NCBI RefSeq assembly: GCF_006345805.1 | Contig: NC_043004.1 | Coordinates: 71,486,001-71,550,000 of the forward strand | Length of the DNA: 64,000 nucleotides | Source: Octopus sinensis | Taxonomy: Eukaryota | Reading direction: 5' to 3' | Program-made: the position numbers and the translations under genes | Shown here: positions 27,189-40,618 of the stretch, piece by piece | How the letters are laid out: every line of letters begins with the position of its first letter | Numbering within the stretch: position 1 is the stretch's first letter | The notes under the pieces: model-generated | Told to the model about the DNA's origin: nothing | Database searches by the model: none | Seen by the model: the letters and a program-made list of their open reading frames with translations, nothing else

Positions 27189-27192
<4 letters not shown>
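26946..27192 (+). mobile_element. Short hammerhead-bearing element with a 52-bp inverted arm, ending in (TA)n
   Basis: 26946-26997 is the reverse complement of 27141-27192 with 1 mismatch. A hammerhead lies between them. Confidence 0.8.
27062..27144 (+). ncRNA. Type-I hammerhead ribozyme
   Basis: ctttc CTGATGA gatggc..gcata...tatgc.gccttc GAAAC ATGT GTC gagag. Stem I has 5 bp with one G-U, and stem II has one mismatch. Confidence 0.75.
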
Positions 27193-27270
<78 letters not shown>

Positions 27271-27509
27271 TATATATATGCATATATATATGTGTGTATA
27301 TATATATATATAAATATACATAAATATATATATATATAAACATATTACATACATACTTACAAATATATTAAACAAACACAGACTTACACAAATCTTCATA
27401 TTACGTATATATATATATATGCCAATATATATCAATATATGTCACTCTCACTCTATTTCTGTCTCTTGCTATATGTGTGTGTGTGTGTTTGTGTACAAAT
27501 GTATGCATG

Positions 27510-28340
27510 TATGTACGCATGAAAGGTGGTATCAGAAGTTTGGAGACTTTTTCAGGAGAGTCATTTATTAATTTCAAAGAAATCCAAAACTCTAATGTCT
27601 TCCAAAATATTATACTCTGGCGTCAATGCAGTGGTTGTAGTACTCCAAACAATTGGTGAAGGCCCTATGTAAGTCTTCCACTATGATGCTATCCAGGATC
27701 CTTGTCACAACTTCTTTCATCTTCTTAATGTCTTCAAAATGATGATTGCTTCTGAGGTTTTCATTCAGCTTGGGAACTTTAGGAAGGGTGAAGGATAGTT
27801 TGGATTCCAAATTCTATCAGATGGTTGGTTACCAGTATGGAATTATGAAGTGCTGTATTGTTCTGGGACCGATGCTCCGGCCTTTTCAGAAGAAACTTTA
27901 TCCTGAACTCCCTGAAACCCTTCACAGATTACTTATTTTTGATTTCCTGCCCCAAGGGAACCCTGTAGCTACAGATGATACACTTGCTGTTGAGAAATGT
28001 GATCATGATGAACTTCCAAAGCAACTGGGTTTTCCTGGTCTCCTGTGCTAACGAAAAATAGGTGTTAAGTTCATCCAACTAAATCCATATGTATCCTCCA
28101 ACTTTTCAAATGTTTCTGTAGCGATTTTTACCTAGTTTAATACAAAACGTCATTGCATAACCATCTTCCAAATTTTGTCCTCGTCTCTGCTGCATTCACC
28201 AAGGTAATCTGTTGGGACAAGCAGTGTTTAGTATGGTGAGTTCACAGAGCCGTCATCTCTTTCAAGCTGAAATACCGAAAGTTGGCACCTCAGCCTATCA
28301 GATAGATAGTTACCACATACTAAAATCACAATTCTCTAGG
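27510..28340 (-). mobile_element. Degraded mariner transposon
   Basis: C-terminal PKLNENLRSNHHFEDIKKMKEVV...FTNCLEYYNHCIDA and mid-region MITF...GII...VPLGQ. Many stops. Confidence 0.75.
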
Positions 28341-28592
28341 ATGGACAGTTATAACTGATTCACCTCAAAAAAGGATTCAAGACTTCTGGAAAGCAGATCA
28401 TATGCGCGCGCAGTCTTTTGTGTATATGTGTATACATATGTATATATGTAAATATGTGTGTATATGCATGTGTGTTTGTGTGGATGTATGTTTGTGTTTG
28501 TGCTTGTGTGTGCGCGCGCAGTCGTTTGTGTATATGTGTATACATATGTATATATGTAAATATGTGTGTATATGCATGTGTGTTTGTGTGGA

Positions 28593-28632
<40 letters not shown>

Positions 28633-29099
28633 CAACTAAACGCAAAGATGCAAAAAGGTGGGAAATTAGTACTGAGACACTGGATGCATTGTAAATTACT
28701 ATCTCATGAGGGTCGAAAGGCTGTTATTAAGCTGCATATGACCCATTTATCAGAAATTAGTGATAATATAGAATAATAAAATTTTAGAAATTGCAAGTAT
28801 ATATAAATTTTTTCGTGGATACCAGTTCATCGATTAAGCATTTAAATCTACATGGGTAACTAATTTTAAAACAGCGCTGCCGGAAGGGTTTTACCGTAGT
28901 GGGAAAATTAATATAAACAATAGGTGAATCGAAATATTTTGTGTAAAATCAAGCTAAATACTTTACTGGATGTAATAGAATATGTCAAAAATAAATTAAA
29001 ATAAAAAGAAGTAATCGCCAATGATTAAAATTTATATGATAGAAGTAAAAAAAAAAAAAGAAGTTTATTGTAATTAAAATTAAGATTAAATGCTATAGT

Positions 29100-29475
29100 T
29101 GTGGTGGGTGTGTGGTAAGTATCTTGCTCACGAACTACATGGTTCCGGGTTCAGTCCCACTGCGTGCCACATTGGGCAAGTGTCTTCTACTATAGCTTCG
29201 GTCCGACCAGAGCTTTGTGAGTGGATTTGGTAGATGGAAACTGAAAGAAGCCCGTCGTACATATATATATGTATGTGTGTCTGTGTTTGGCCCCCTAACA
29301 TCGCTTGACAATCGATGGTGGTGTGTTTACGTCCCCGTAACTTAGCCGTTCGGCAAAAGAGACCGATAGAATAAGTACTAGGTTTACAACGAATAAGTCC
29401 TGGGGTTGATTCACTAGACTAAAGGCGGTGCTCCAGCATGGCCACAGTCAAATGACTGAAACAAGTAAAAGAGTA
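29100..29475 (+). mobile_element. tRNA-derived SINE (octopus type)
   Basis: A-box/B-box head (tgtgtggtaag...ggttcagtccc), ttgggcaagt core, and tail ggcggtgctccagcatggcc...aaatgactgaaac. Confidence 0.85.
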
Positions 29476-30296
29476 AATAAAAACACAGTAATAATAAAAG
29501 GAAAAGATGTGTAAAGAAATGAAGAGAAAAGTAGACAAAGTATAATAAAGAAAGAAGAGTGGAGAAATTAAGAGAGAAAGATAAAATAATAACGGAGAGT
29601 TAATTATAAAAGGATGAGGGAGAAGTGCAGAGTCGGTTTAACGGTGCGCGTGTATAAAACCTGTTGTGATGTACGGCAAAGCGCATTCGGTGCAGTGGAG
29701 GCAGTGGTGGGAGTGAAAGGATGATAGATAGAGGAGGAAAAGAGACAAAAGTGAATTTGATATAAGAAGAAAGAGAATAATTAGAAATTAGAAATACTAA
29801 GAGGAAAGAAAAAAACTAACATTTAGTAAAAGGCACGAGGAAAGACACGCTATAGATATATACGCATAAAATTAATATATAACACACAGACAAACATATA
29901 CTCACATACACATTTAATACACATGCATATGTGCATATACACATATATATGCATATATAAATACACCCGCGCATGTGAGTGAATAGACACTCACACATTA
30001 ACACATATATGTGCATACAAAGACACAATTACGCACACATATATACGCACACATACATATATACAGATATGCTCGTAAACGCGCACAAACGTGTAAATTT
30101 AACTTATGCACACACAACTATAATAGTGGTGAAATCAAAATTACACAATGAAATTTAAAATCTTACACTAATTATTCTATGGCAGAAAAGAGATTGGTGA
30201 CCCTTTATCGGGTCTGGCTGATAAAATTTAAATGTTCTCCATACCAACTACAACCATATACGGACTTACGCTCGGATGCATTCAAAATAGGCACAC

Positions 30297-30330
<34 letters not shown>

Positions 30331-31547
30331 CACACACACACACACACACATATATATATACATATATATATACATAATGAACACATACAGTCATATATAT
30401 ATATATGTGTGTGTGTGTACAAAAATACGGATATGTACGCGCACTCACGTGTTTGTGTGTGTGTGTGTATGTTTCCAGCGTGAGTACATATATGCATGTA
30501 TATGTGAACGACATGTATGTGTAGGTATAGGCCGATTCTTAAAGCTCAGTTAATGACAATTGAAAGTGTAACCAGCCATGAAGAACAAATGCACAGCACA
30601 AAGAAAACAAGTGCCAATCCCTTTAAAACGGAACCACTTTAGCAGTAACAGAATCACTATCCCACTGCATTTACACATTCGAAGCAGTTTGCCAATAGTC
30701 CTTCAGCAACAACACACATTGATAAACTCAATGACTCCTACTAAATCCACGCCACGACAGACAGAGATTTCTCTATTGAAGCCGAGAATTTGAACTTACG
30801 GAGACAACATTTACACATCGCCTGGGCTAACACCACTAGATAGGGAAACGGTTGCATAATCAAGTCCCTGCAAGCCTGGAGAACTAAGATGCGTAGAAAC
30901 AATTGTAGTGATTGAAAAATAAATGTCCAACAGTACTCCTTGTTGTTGACTCTAAATTAGTTTCAATTATTTATTCCCACAAAACAGATGCCCAAACGTA
31001 TAGTATTATTATTATTATTATTATTATTACGATTATTATGGTTTTTCTTTGTATTTTATCTTTAACTTCCATCTTAATATTCATTTCAGCTTATCTTATT
31101 TCTTATTTCTTATTGCTTACTTTCTATTTTTTTATTTTTTACACTTTATTTTATTTTTTATCTTTTATTCTTTACATTTTCACTTTGCTCTTTATCCCTT
31201 TGTAAGCTATTATTATTTATTATTATTTATCTTGTTATGTATCATGGCAGATATCTTTTGAGCATTTTCAAATATATTTGATGGATTTTGATATATTATT
31301 GATACATTCTCAGTTTAAGCTGTTAATATCTTACTAATTCTAATGCCCTTTCACAATCACGTATCTTTAAAAAATACTATCCTTGTAAAACTCATTTTAT
31401 CATTTTATTTCTTTCCTTTAATGCATTCCATTTACTGATAATCCATCACTCCGTTTTGTAGTTACTTAATGACAGGCCTATTGGATTTATCATAGATAGA
31501 TCAAAGAAATCCCCTTAAAAAAATTTTTTTTTTAACTTTTAAATATA

Positions 31548-31945
31548 TAGGCGCAAGAGTGGCTGTGTGGTAAGTAGCTTGCTAACCAGCCACATGGTTC
31601 CGGGTTCAGTCCCACTGCGTGGCACCTTGGGCAAGTGTCTTCTGCTATAGCCCCGGGCCGACCAATGCCTTGTGAGTGGATTAGGCAGACGGAAACTGAA
31701 AGAAGTCTGTCGTATATATGTATATATATATGTATGTGTGTGTATTTGTGTGTCTGTGTTTGTCCCCCTAGCTTTGCTTGACAACCGATGCTGGTGTGTT
31801 TACGTCTCCGTCACTTAGCCGTTCGGCAAAAGAGACCGATAGAATAAGTACTGGGGTTACAACGAATAAGTCCCGGAGTTGATTTGCTCGACTAAAGGCG
31901 GTGCTCCAGCATGGCCGCAGTCAAATGACTGAAACGAGTAAAAGA
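31548..31945 (+). mobile_element. tRNA-derived SINE (octopus type)
   Basis: Same family as 29100-29475: tggctgtgtgg A-box, ggttcagtcc B-box, ccttgggcaagt core. Confidence 0.88.
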
Positions 31946-32166
31946 GATATGGAACTCAGTCTTTGGAGAATAGTATATTAAATTATATTAAATTATTAAA
32001 TATTAAATTATTAAAGTATAACTGTTGTATACTCAAAACCAAATAGACATTTATAAGATGTAATGTATGCGTGTATATACATGAATATAAGTGCGTGAAT
32101 ATATGCGGATATTATACATGGGAATATATATATGTATACATATGTATGTGTATGCATGTGTATATG

Positions 32167-32221
<55 letters not shown>

Positions 32222-32256
32222 GTGTGTGTGTGGGTGGGTGGGTATATGTATGTGTA

Positions 32257-32288
<32 letters not shown>

Positions 32289-32845
32289 CTCTCTCGTCCC
32301 TGCCTGAACAAGGCCTTCGTTCGTTTTTTTCGTTTGTTCTCTTGTTTATATTGATTTCTCGTATTGTATTTTATTTCTCGTTTTGTATTTTCTTGTACAT
32401 GTTTTTTATTTTGTATTTTTTTCTTGTATTTTATTGTGCAGTTCTTTGTTACGTCCCTTTTTGTGTTACATTTCTTTTCTAGCTTGTTTTACCCCTCTGC
32501 GAGGTTATGTTATTTTAATTCTCTCGTAGGAAGGCCTAGCATGGCGAGAGGTGTCCTGTCTTGCCTTCGAAACACGCTATGTCTGCTTGTAACAGCTGAT
32601 GAAGGGGATTTTTCCTTGTGTAGCATGTCCTGTACTTCGTTTTTCTGTTGTACTTAAGGTTTTTCCTGTTTTCGTTCTCGTCCTTCTGTTGTAACAAAAT
32701 GGCTTTTCCGTTTTCGTTTCTGTTGGGTGTTTACGTCTTTTTGTGGTGTCCTGTACATATATATATTTATATATGCATGTATATATACAGGTAGATGTCG
32801 GCACGTACATATATGTTTCTATGTATGCATATATTTTATTTATTA

Positions 32846-32896
<51 letters not shown>

Positions 32897-33420
32897 GTGT
32901 GTGTGTGTGTCTATAAGATATGTGTGTGTTTGTGTGTGTGTGTATAGATATATATCTGTATATATGCTTAAGGATATAGTAGTGTATGTATATGTTTACT
33001 AGGGTTTAAATGTAGATATGTGTGGAGATGTGTATGTAATTCCATGTATTTAATGCTGTGCATAATGAGGCATACTTGTATACGCTCGAGTATGTTTGTT
33101 TATATTTATGTGTATGAGTACGTGTATATACACACACATATACATATACGATAAACTTATAAAGCTAGCAACTGTTAGTGGCGGGTTTGTGTAAACTGAC
33201 CATTCATCACAACGATATCAAATTACAACCTCAAAGAGTGGTCGAAAATAAGAAATTATTTATGACCACTACCATACCATCCAAGCCAAAATCTAATTCT
33301 CATTCCTTTAGTATATTATCTCTTTATAACTTTCTCTACCTTACATTCTCAATTCTTTTGTTTTAATCTTTTTTTGTTACTTTATTCTTATTTGGGTAAT
33401 TCTTACATATGTGTGAACTA

Positions 33421-33810
33421 TAATAGCCATCTCAATATGGCTAACCACACAGGGTGGATGTTACTGTAGCTTTAGCCCCAGGAGATCATCGTCTCCAGCT
33501 GGCTTTAGGCACACTATCTGTGCCCTTATGGTATTTGCAAAGGGAGGTCATCCTTCTCTCGTAAGCCAAGTGATACACACGGACTGCAGTTTCGAGGTAG
33601 ATGCTTCTTGTCAACGGGCAGTAATCACCGGTTTAGGATGAAAAGAAAGACCTGTATGCAAATACTTAAATGTTTTTATAGTAACTTCCGTCACTGATTT
33701 CGAAAAACTGTCTGCAAGCAATAATAAATCTCTGAACGAGATGTAAACAGTAACCGCTCGACAAAGTAAAGTATAATAGCCATCTCAATATGGCTAACCA
33801 CAAAGGGTGG
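33421..33810 (-). mobile_element. Diverged copy of the about 350-bp hammerhead repeat family (unit plus partial tandem)
   Basis: Similar to 17270-17470. The unit start recurs at 33421 and 33774 (period 353). Confidence 0.7.
33576..33618 (-). ncRNA. Variant hammerhead (U3:A8 core), partly decayed
   Basis: Minus strand cccg UUGACAA gaag..ccuc GAAAC UGCA GUC cgugug. Stems I and II are imperfect. Confidence 0.5.
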
Positions 33811-34264
33811 GTGTTATTATTTATATGTAATTCTAATTTTATTATCCTTATTTTTAATTTTTTTACTATTTTTGCTTTTATGACACCTGTCTTTTGCTTC
33901 CATTGTCTTTTACTTCCAGTACTCTTGCTCTTTATTTCTTATTTTTTATAATTTTATTTTTTAACTTTTATTTTTTCTCTCTATTTTTCTTCTTTTTTTC
34001 TTTCCATCTTATTTTCCTTCCTATCTTATACAAGAAGATTAAATATAAACTCATTCCAATCTATTCAACATTCACTCTATGTTGACTGGTAATACAGTAT
34101 GGGCAGATTTTCGAAATCCAATGAATCTTTATACATTTATACAGTTAGGAAATTTTACAAATACACATTTTCAAGGAGATATGATAAACCTAGTATAATG
34201 GGTAATACTACATGTACTTTTCATATTTTTTATATTGTGATGTAATTCTTTGGACTAACAGTGT

Positions 34265-34359
34265 TTACAGCTGAAGAGAGCTTTAAACCATCTTTTACAT
34301 CAATAATACACTGATGAAATAACGGATTGTTTATAAAGCTTGAAACACGTGTACCGCAA
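34265..34359 (+). ncRNA. Hammerhead motif with long stem II and decayed stem I
   Basis: ttacag CTGAAGA gagctttaaac...gtttataaagctt GAAAC ACGT GTA ccgcaa. Stem I has two mismatches. Confidence 0.55.
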
Positions 34360-35119
34360 TATCCTTTGTGTTCCGTTTTTAATTTTATTTGATATATTTT
34401 GTTTCATATATATATATATGTATTGGAGTAAGCACATAAATGTGAAACAAGGTGGAAAAAAGAGTATTCAGATACTAGAGGTAGAGTACTCAGATACTAG
34501 TATATATATATTTATATACACATAAACACACACATACACACACATATTCAAATGTAAGTATAAAGATGTTATTTTTATTTCTCAAAGCGTATGTATATAG
34601 GCAAATCATGCGCGCACACATATATCTAAATATACATTGGCATACATAATTTGAAGTATAATTCAGATTCTACTGCAATAAGATGTAGATAACCACAGCA
34701 TCTATATAAATTCTTGTTTCCTGAACTGAAATAAAGAGAAAGTCATTACAGATCAAGTGAAATAAAGAGCGTGGTCAAATAAAAAAAACTAGCATTGCCG
34801 TTTAGATGCAAAATACAAATACAATACCGAAAATAAATATTTGAAATGTAAAATCAAATAGGAATCAAACAGACATAATGCAACATTTTTCAATATGCAA
34901 ATGCATATGTACAGTCTTAGATTTATCAGTTTCGCCTTCGATATCTTTCAACCAAGGAGCAAAATATACCTTATTGCATATTCGGGGACTCATTTTGAAG
35001 GTGATTTCACAATTATAATACATTTTAAAGGAAAATCATTAGCAATGATGAATATGAAGTCCAGAATTTGCCACTCTGTAATATTTCAGTTTTATGTTAA
35101 ATGACTAAAGTTTTATGCT

Positions 35120-35700
35120 AAACAACACCACTCCACATTTCTGTTAGCCATCCGGCTCGATCTGAAGCAAGCGTTTCTGTATCTTCTGGATCCATTCCAA
35201 GTGACTACATGGTAATCCATATGCGATCTTTAAACCTCTTTTTAGGTTTACACCGAAAACGTTTCTCCCTTGCAAGCTTTCCATAAAGCAGTTGTTTGTG
35301 TGTGCATTCATCCGCCATTCGAACAATATGGCCGGACCCTCTCACTTGGTTTTTCAGAATCATTGATTTAATTGAAGTGATGCCTGCAGATGTAAGGATA
35401 TCTGTTTTTGGAGTAAAAGAACTCCATTTAATATTTTAAATGGGATGAAGTTATTTTTGATGGAATTGTTCAAACAATTTGAAATCTTTTATAACATGTC
35501 CACGTTTCAGAAGAATACAAGCGGGAGGGTAAGAAAAACGATTTGCAAAGAGCTAATTTTCTGCTGTTATTTATACATCGTTGGCGCCAAACGGGTCACT
35601 CCAAACCACCAAATGATTGTGCTGCCCATTGAATTTGCGGATGTATTTCTGTATTCAGATTGCCATAATTTTGTACAGAGTTTCTAAGATAGACGAAAAA
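35120..35700 (-). mobile_element. Degraded RTE-clade LINE 3' fragment
   Basis: LYSSETWT...AGITSIKSMILK...GHIVRMADE...KQLLYGKL, typical of RTE C-termini. Confidence 0.75.
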
Positions 35701-36033
35701 AATCAACAACCTCAAGTATCCTTAAGAAAATTAATTTAGGGGGGAGCAAGAAGCACCACATGCAGGTTGATACTTACAACAGTTTTTTTACATATTGATG
35801 GTCAAGCTAAACACATGTGAGGTCGCTCTTGGGTGCTACTGGTAACATGCAATCGGTGACTAAACTGGTGACCTCACCAGGTTTGCTTGGTGAGGAGGGA
35901 CATCGATGGACACTCTGTGGCATTAAAATTAGTCAAAAGTCAGGAGAAATCATGGGCAGTCAACGGCCACCCAACAAATATTGTAAATATGCATATATCA
36001 TTTTTTAAATATATATTCTTATATGTATATTTC

Positions 36034-36077
<44 letters not shown>

Positions 36078-36122
36078 TGCATATATCATTTTTTAAATAT
36101 ATATTCTTATATGTATATTTTT

Positions 36123-36176
<54 letters not shown>

Positions 36177-36259
36177 CCTGTTTTGGACAGGAGAACGATA
36201 TTTGACCACTTTATAGAGCGTTTCGGTGGTGGTTTGGTGTTTGGAATGGGATAGCTTAC

Positions 36260-36299
36260 CTCATGGGCAGTTAGAAGCTCTTTAACCTCGGTTGGTAAC
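36260..36299 (-). CDS. Candidate 40-nt mini-exon
   Basis: Acceptor gtgtttctccacggtag, donor GAG|gtaagc. Open only as phase 2 to 0, reading LPTEVKELLTAHE. Confidence 0.25.
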
Positions 36300-36458
36300 C
36301 TACCGTGGAGAAACACATACATACATACATACGTACGTACATACATACATACGCACATAATACATACATATATATACACACATACTTGTATACATACATA
36401 CATACATACATACATACATACATACATACATACATACATTCATACATACATACATACA

Positions 36459-36509
<51 letters not shown>

Positions 36510-36554
36510 TCACATATATATATACACACACACACATATATATATATATATAAT

Positions 36555-37539
36555 CAGTTGAATAAAGTTAAACATGGTCCCGTTTTCACTTTTTTGTTAT
36601 AGTATTTTACCAAAACTTTTCGTTCAATTAGCGCTTTCATACTTTTGGTAGTATTCATCGGATTTCTAAATGTATTTAACTAACATTTGCGATCTCTTAG
36701 AACGCTCTAACAAATTGAATTTTTGGAATACGGTGTTGACCAATCTGCATGCAGTTTAAAGGCCATGGTTTACCCGGTGTAACGATATTTCTGGTTTAGA
36801 TCAGGATTTATTTTAACCAATTAGCTTGCGGTTCACATGTAATAGCTTTAGGAGTGAACAAACTTAGTTTCGATCGTTTTATTTCCATTGTTGCCAGTCT
36901 TCTGTAATTTATATGTAAAAGATAATTTTTTTAAATCCACATCGCTAACTGTTTGTTATATTGTTGTTGTTTCCAAATTCCATTCAGCGAATTTTTCATT
37001 TCCATAAGTGAGTTTGGAAGAATGATAGAAGAAAAACGGTTTATTAAAATATTCATACATGTTCTGAACGGAAATATCAACAATAATACAAGAACCAGTT
37101 AATGATGTGGATTAAAAAAATACCTTTAACACATGAATATAAAAAAAATTAGAGAAGACTTCCACCAACCGAAATAAATACGAACGAAGCCAACTCAGTT
37201 TGCTCGCTCATAAAACAATTACATGTAAATCGCAACCTAATTGGTTAAAATAGAGGCAGGATCTAAGCCAGTAAATCGGTACGCCCAGCGAACCGTGACT
37301 TAGAAGCTGTAAGCGGGTTGGTCAAAACCGTATTCCGAAAATTCAGCTTGTTGGAAAATTACTAAGAAATACTACAGTTGTCAAGAAATCTGTTAAATAC
37401 ATTTTGAAATCTGATAATTACTACGAACGTATGAAAGCGCTAATTGAACTGTATGAACATTACAAAACATAATTTTTTAATGTTAATTTACCATAATAAA
37501 AACGTGAAAGCCAGACCATGGTTTAAGTTTATTCAAATG
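36555..37539. mobile_element. Non-autonomous DNA transposon / large MITE with about 45-bp imperfect TIRs
   Basis: Left cagttgaataaagttaaacatggtcccgttttcac matches the reverse complement of right gtgaaagccagaccatggtttaagtttattcaaatg. An inner inverted motif (cgcaa.ctaattggttaaaata) occurs at about 36810-36835 and 37230-37250. No ORF. Confidence 0.65.
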
Positions 37540-37739
37540 ATATATTCTATATACATTCACACAAATTCGGAATATATATATGAGGAGGGCCAGTTTATGG
37601 GTTAGATCTTAAAAACCTTTTAGCCCATGCGCTCTTAAAAATGTGGAAGGGAAATGCCTCAGAACTCAAAGGGAACAATTGGCTATCGACTTCCGGCTGT
37701 GCACCTTTCTTGTGGGCCCCCAAAAGCTATCAGAAACAA

Positions 37740-40170
37740 CCTGAAATATAAACATGGCCCGAAAATCTCCGTTCTGTAGTTAAGAATGTTTCCTGGTTCG
37801 AGTGAGTCTTTTAGGATACTTGTGTGTTCAGCTATGCATAACTTGCAACGCTTCGGCTCGTTGATGTAAGGGCAAGGGTTCTCAAGAACTTTCCAAGAGA
37901 ACGAGTAGGGAATCTTATCGTCTCTTAGTTGACAGACGTGGTTGACAAATGATGTTAGCTATCTATTTTCTGGAACTCTGAAGGAGCACCTGTGGCGGGA
38001 GAGACGTTGCTTGAAAGAGTTCCCGGAACATCCAATGCATCTCCATGGGCGTGTGTTGTCGGAACTCTACCAGCTAGTGTTAGTGTTATTGGTGTCACCG
38101 ACATTGTTGTTGCTGGAGCTGTGAGTGCTGGTGTTGGCGTAGCTGGAGGTGGTGGTGGCATCGGTAATGGTATCGAGGTTGCGGGTTATGGTGAAGGCGC
38201 TGTTGTTTTTTGCAATGGTCCTCATCATTGGTGGGTGAGTTGCCATTTCTGTTGGATGTGTCATTCGCTGTCGTTTCGCTGTTGTCTCTGCTAGGGCCAC
38301 TATCACTGTTGGTGCTGTCATTACCGCTATATCTGGCAGTGGTACTCGAGCTGTTGTCACGTCTGCTACAATGGACGTAATTCTGTTGCTGGTGGCGATG
38401 CTGCTGTTGTTGCTAAAGTTGTTATTGCTGTCGATGCTCACGGGAGAATAGGCAATGCCGTCGTTGGTGCTGTTATTGCTATTGTTGCTAATGTTGTTAG
38501 CTGCGGCGGTGTTGCTGGTTCTGTTCTCGTGTCTACGGCTGTTCTTGTCCTACCGGTGGTATTGTCAGGGTTTGCTAGTACATCGGCCTTATACACGATC
38601 CCTTTGTTTTCAAAATAAACCAAGCAAAGCATCTGGAGCGGTACCTGCATGAACACTGTGCCTCTTTCTGAGACTTAGGGGTTCTAACTAGGATGCTCTT
38701 AATATTGGGGACAAAGCTAAGCGAAACTCTAACGTTGTGCCTGATGAAAATGTGCTCATATCTATGGGAGCTTATAAAGTAATTATGTATTAATTTAAGG
38801 AATATTCTGCACCCGTGTTTTTGTGTTAAGAGAGAAGGGTGGGGCAAACAAAATGGTAATTCTACTGCACTTTCTTTTGCGGTTGTTGGGTTCCGGCATG
38901 TAGGAGATGCGGTCCCTAAATCCGCTGTTAGCAGTGTCTCGTTATATTACGGGGCCGCTGCTTCGAAAACCTCTTAGCTGGAGGAAAGGTTCGTGGTCAT
39001 CTTACTAACACATTTTACCAGGTTTTTGAACACGATCGGTGGGTGGCAGAAGGTTGTAGTGATGTACGTTAACTTCTCGTTTGGTTTGCGGCAGTGTCAG
39101 TATGTCCTGGAGCCCAAGTCTAGCGTGACGTCCAAGAAGTCCGCAGTTGTGAAGTTGGTCTTTATCGTGATTTTCAAACCCATGGAGGCAAGCGTGCTGA
39201 TTAGATCTTTCCTAAGCCTGTTTAGTGTATGCCCGTATAAACCCCTAGAGACGGCCAGGGTATCATGACTGTAGAGGCCAAAGAGGACAGAGGGGAACTT
39301 TTTCCTAAGGGTATCGAGGATATACGACCTGATGAGGTCGCTTAAGTTAATACTGTCGAAGGCTTCCATCAAGACGCCAAATGAGGCTGTGGTGTCAGAT
39401 TGCTTGACACATGCCAAACCATTGTTGAACAGCACTGTCTTTCTGGCATGTATAATGACTTCCATGTCCCAGGAGATAAGGTCAGTGAAGCCCCTAGCGA
39501 AAAAAAAGGGCCTTAGCTAGTAATCCCTTTTTCGACACAAACGAGGAAACGTCGACTTGCTCTGCCTCTTCCCTTGTTGGTGTTAAACCATGCAGTGTAT
39601 TCGTTGGTGCTGTGCCACAGGGGAAAGTTGTTGGCCATTATTATGTCGTTATTGATATCTCTCAATATGTGCTTCTTCGACACCGATCTCGGAGTTGGCC
39701 GGATTGGTCAGGCGACATTTAGGATATGAGGCAAAAATCGGTTCACGATTTTTTATGGCAATGAAGACGTTTATTTTAGCTTGGATCTCTAGCCTATCCG
39801 CAATCTCTGGTTCGTTAGTTAATCTTTTTTTTTTTTTGGTTTTACTCTTGATGTCGTTGGGAAAACGCGCCTATAATTTTGTGTGAGATTATTTTCTAGT
39901 AGTCTATCGTAATCAAATATGTCTCTCCTATATAAGTTTTTCGTCTTATGAGAAATGATTAGGAACTTGTCTAAGTTTTTTAACAATCTAACGTAAGCTC
40001 GGAGATTATGTTGGAAGTAGAAAGAGATCTTGCAGAATTTCAGCTTGGGAATGATGCCCAGTAGGTCTGCTTTGAAAGGTTCCAGGTCCTTGATTTTGGG
40101 TGGGTGTTATAGATCTGATTCTATAGTTACTGCATTCCTGGGATGGTGCGATCGAATGCTTTCCATCCCA
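37740..40170 (-). mobile_element. Degraded Penelope-like element (same general type as 19290-23780)
   Basis: RT ARKTVLF...FGVLMEAFDS...DFLDVTLDL. Thumb HNYFISSHRYEHIF..HNVRVSLSFVPN. Endonuclease C-terminus SWKVLE...KRCKLCIAE...ILNYRTEIFGPC. A Thr/Ala-rich linker lies at 38000-38600. Confidence 0.8.
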
Positions 40171-40230
40171 CGTCCATTATCTTTTCCAGCAGCATGGACG
40201 GCGTAGGTATATTTTTAGTGGCGCAGCCGA

Positions 40231-40295
40231 GGTCAAAACTGTCCATATTTTAGTGGAGTATCCGCGGTCAAAACTGTCCATATTTTAGTGGAGTA
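40231..40295 (+). repeat. Two exact 30-bp direct repeats (period 35)
   Basis: ggtcaaaactgtccatattttagtggagta at 40231 and 40266, with a partial inverted copy near 40340-40360. Confidence 0.75.
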
Positions 40296-40604
40296 GACGA
40301 GATTAAATCGACCTATATTTATGCGAGATCCGTGGTTTCCTCGGCTATTCCACTAAAAATAGGGACATCATAGAAACATTATGTAGAATCAGAAAGATTT
40401 GCCGTTCTGCAGATGTGAATATTCAGCGAGAAAGAGAATATCTCTAACGAAGCAGCAGCTCTCTACTTTGATTATCAAATTCAAACTTATATCAATAATA
40501 ATTGGTGCTCATAATTCTTTTAGTAAATGTCGCGGCAGCAATCTAGGAAAAAACCCCGACAAACATTAATTTTAGATTACATGAAAAAGAAATTTAATAC
40601 TTAC

Positions 40605-40618
40605 TCTTGATGTTCTCT
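40605..40618 (-). CDS. Candidate 14-nt micro-exon
   Basis: cgtatttattacag|AGAGAACATCAAGA|gtaagt, with strong sites on both sides. Phase 2 to 1 would extend exon 47991-48142 as ...FNYKENIK. Confidence 0.3.

Noticed and set aside
26946-27192. Initially read as a MITE with 52-bp TIRs
   Set aside because: The right repeat begins at a hammerhead stem I and runs into (TA)n, which fits the inverted-arm retroelement pattern better.
32520-32620. gaaggc...gccttc GAAAC and a nearby CTGATGA
   Set aside because: Core and cleavage triplet are not in a valid arrangement. It may be a decayed hammerhead but is not callable.
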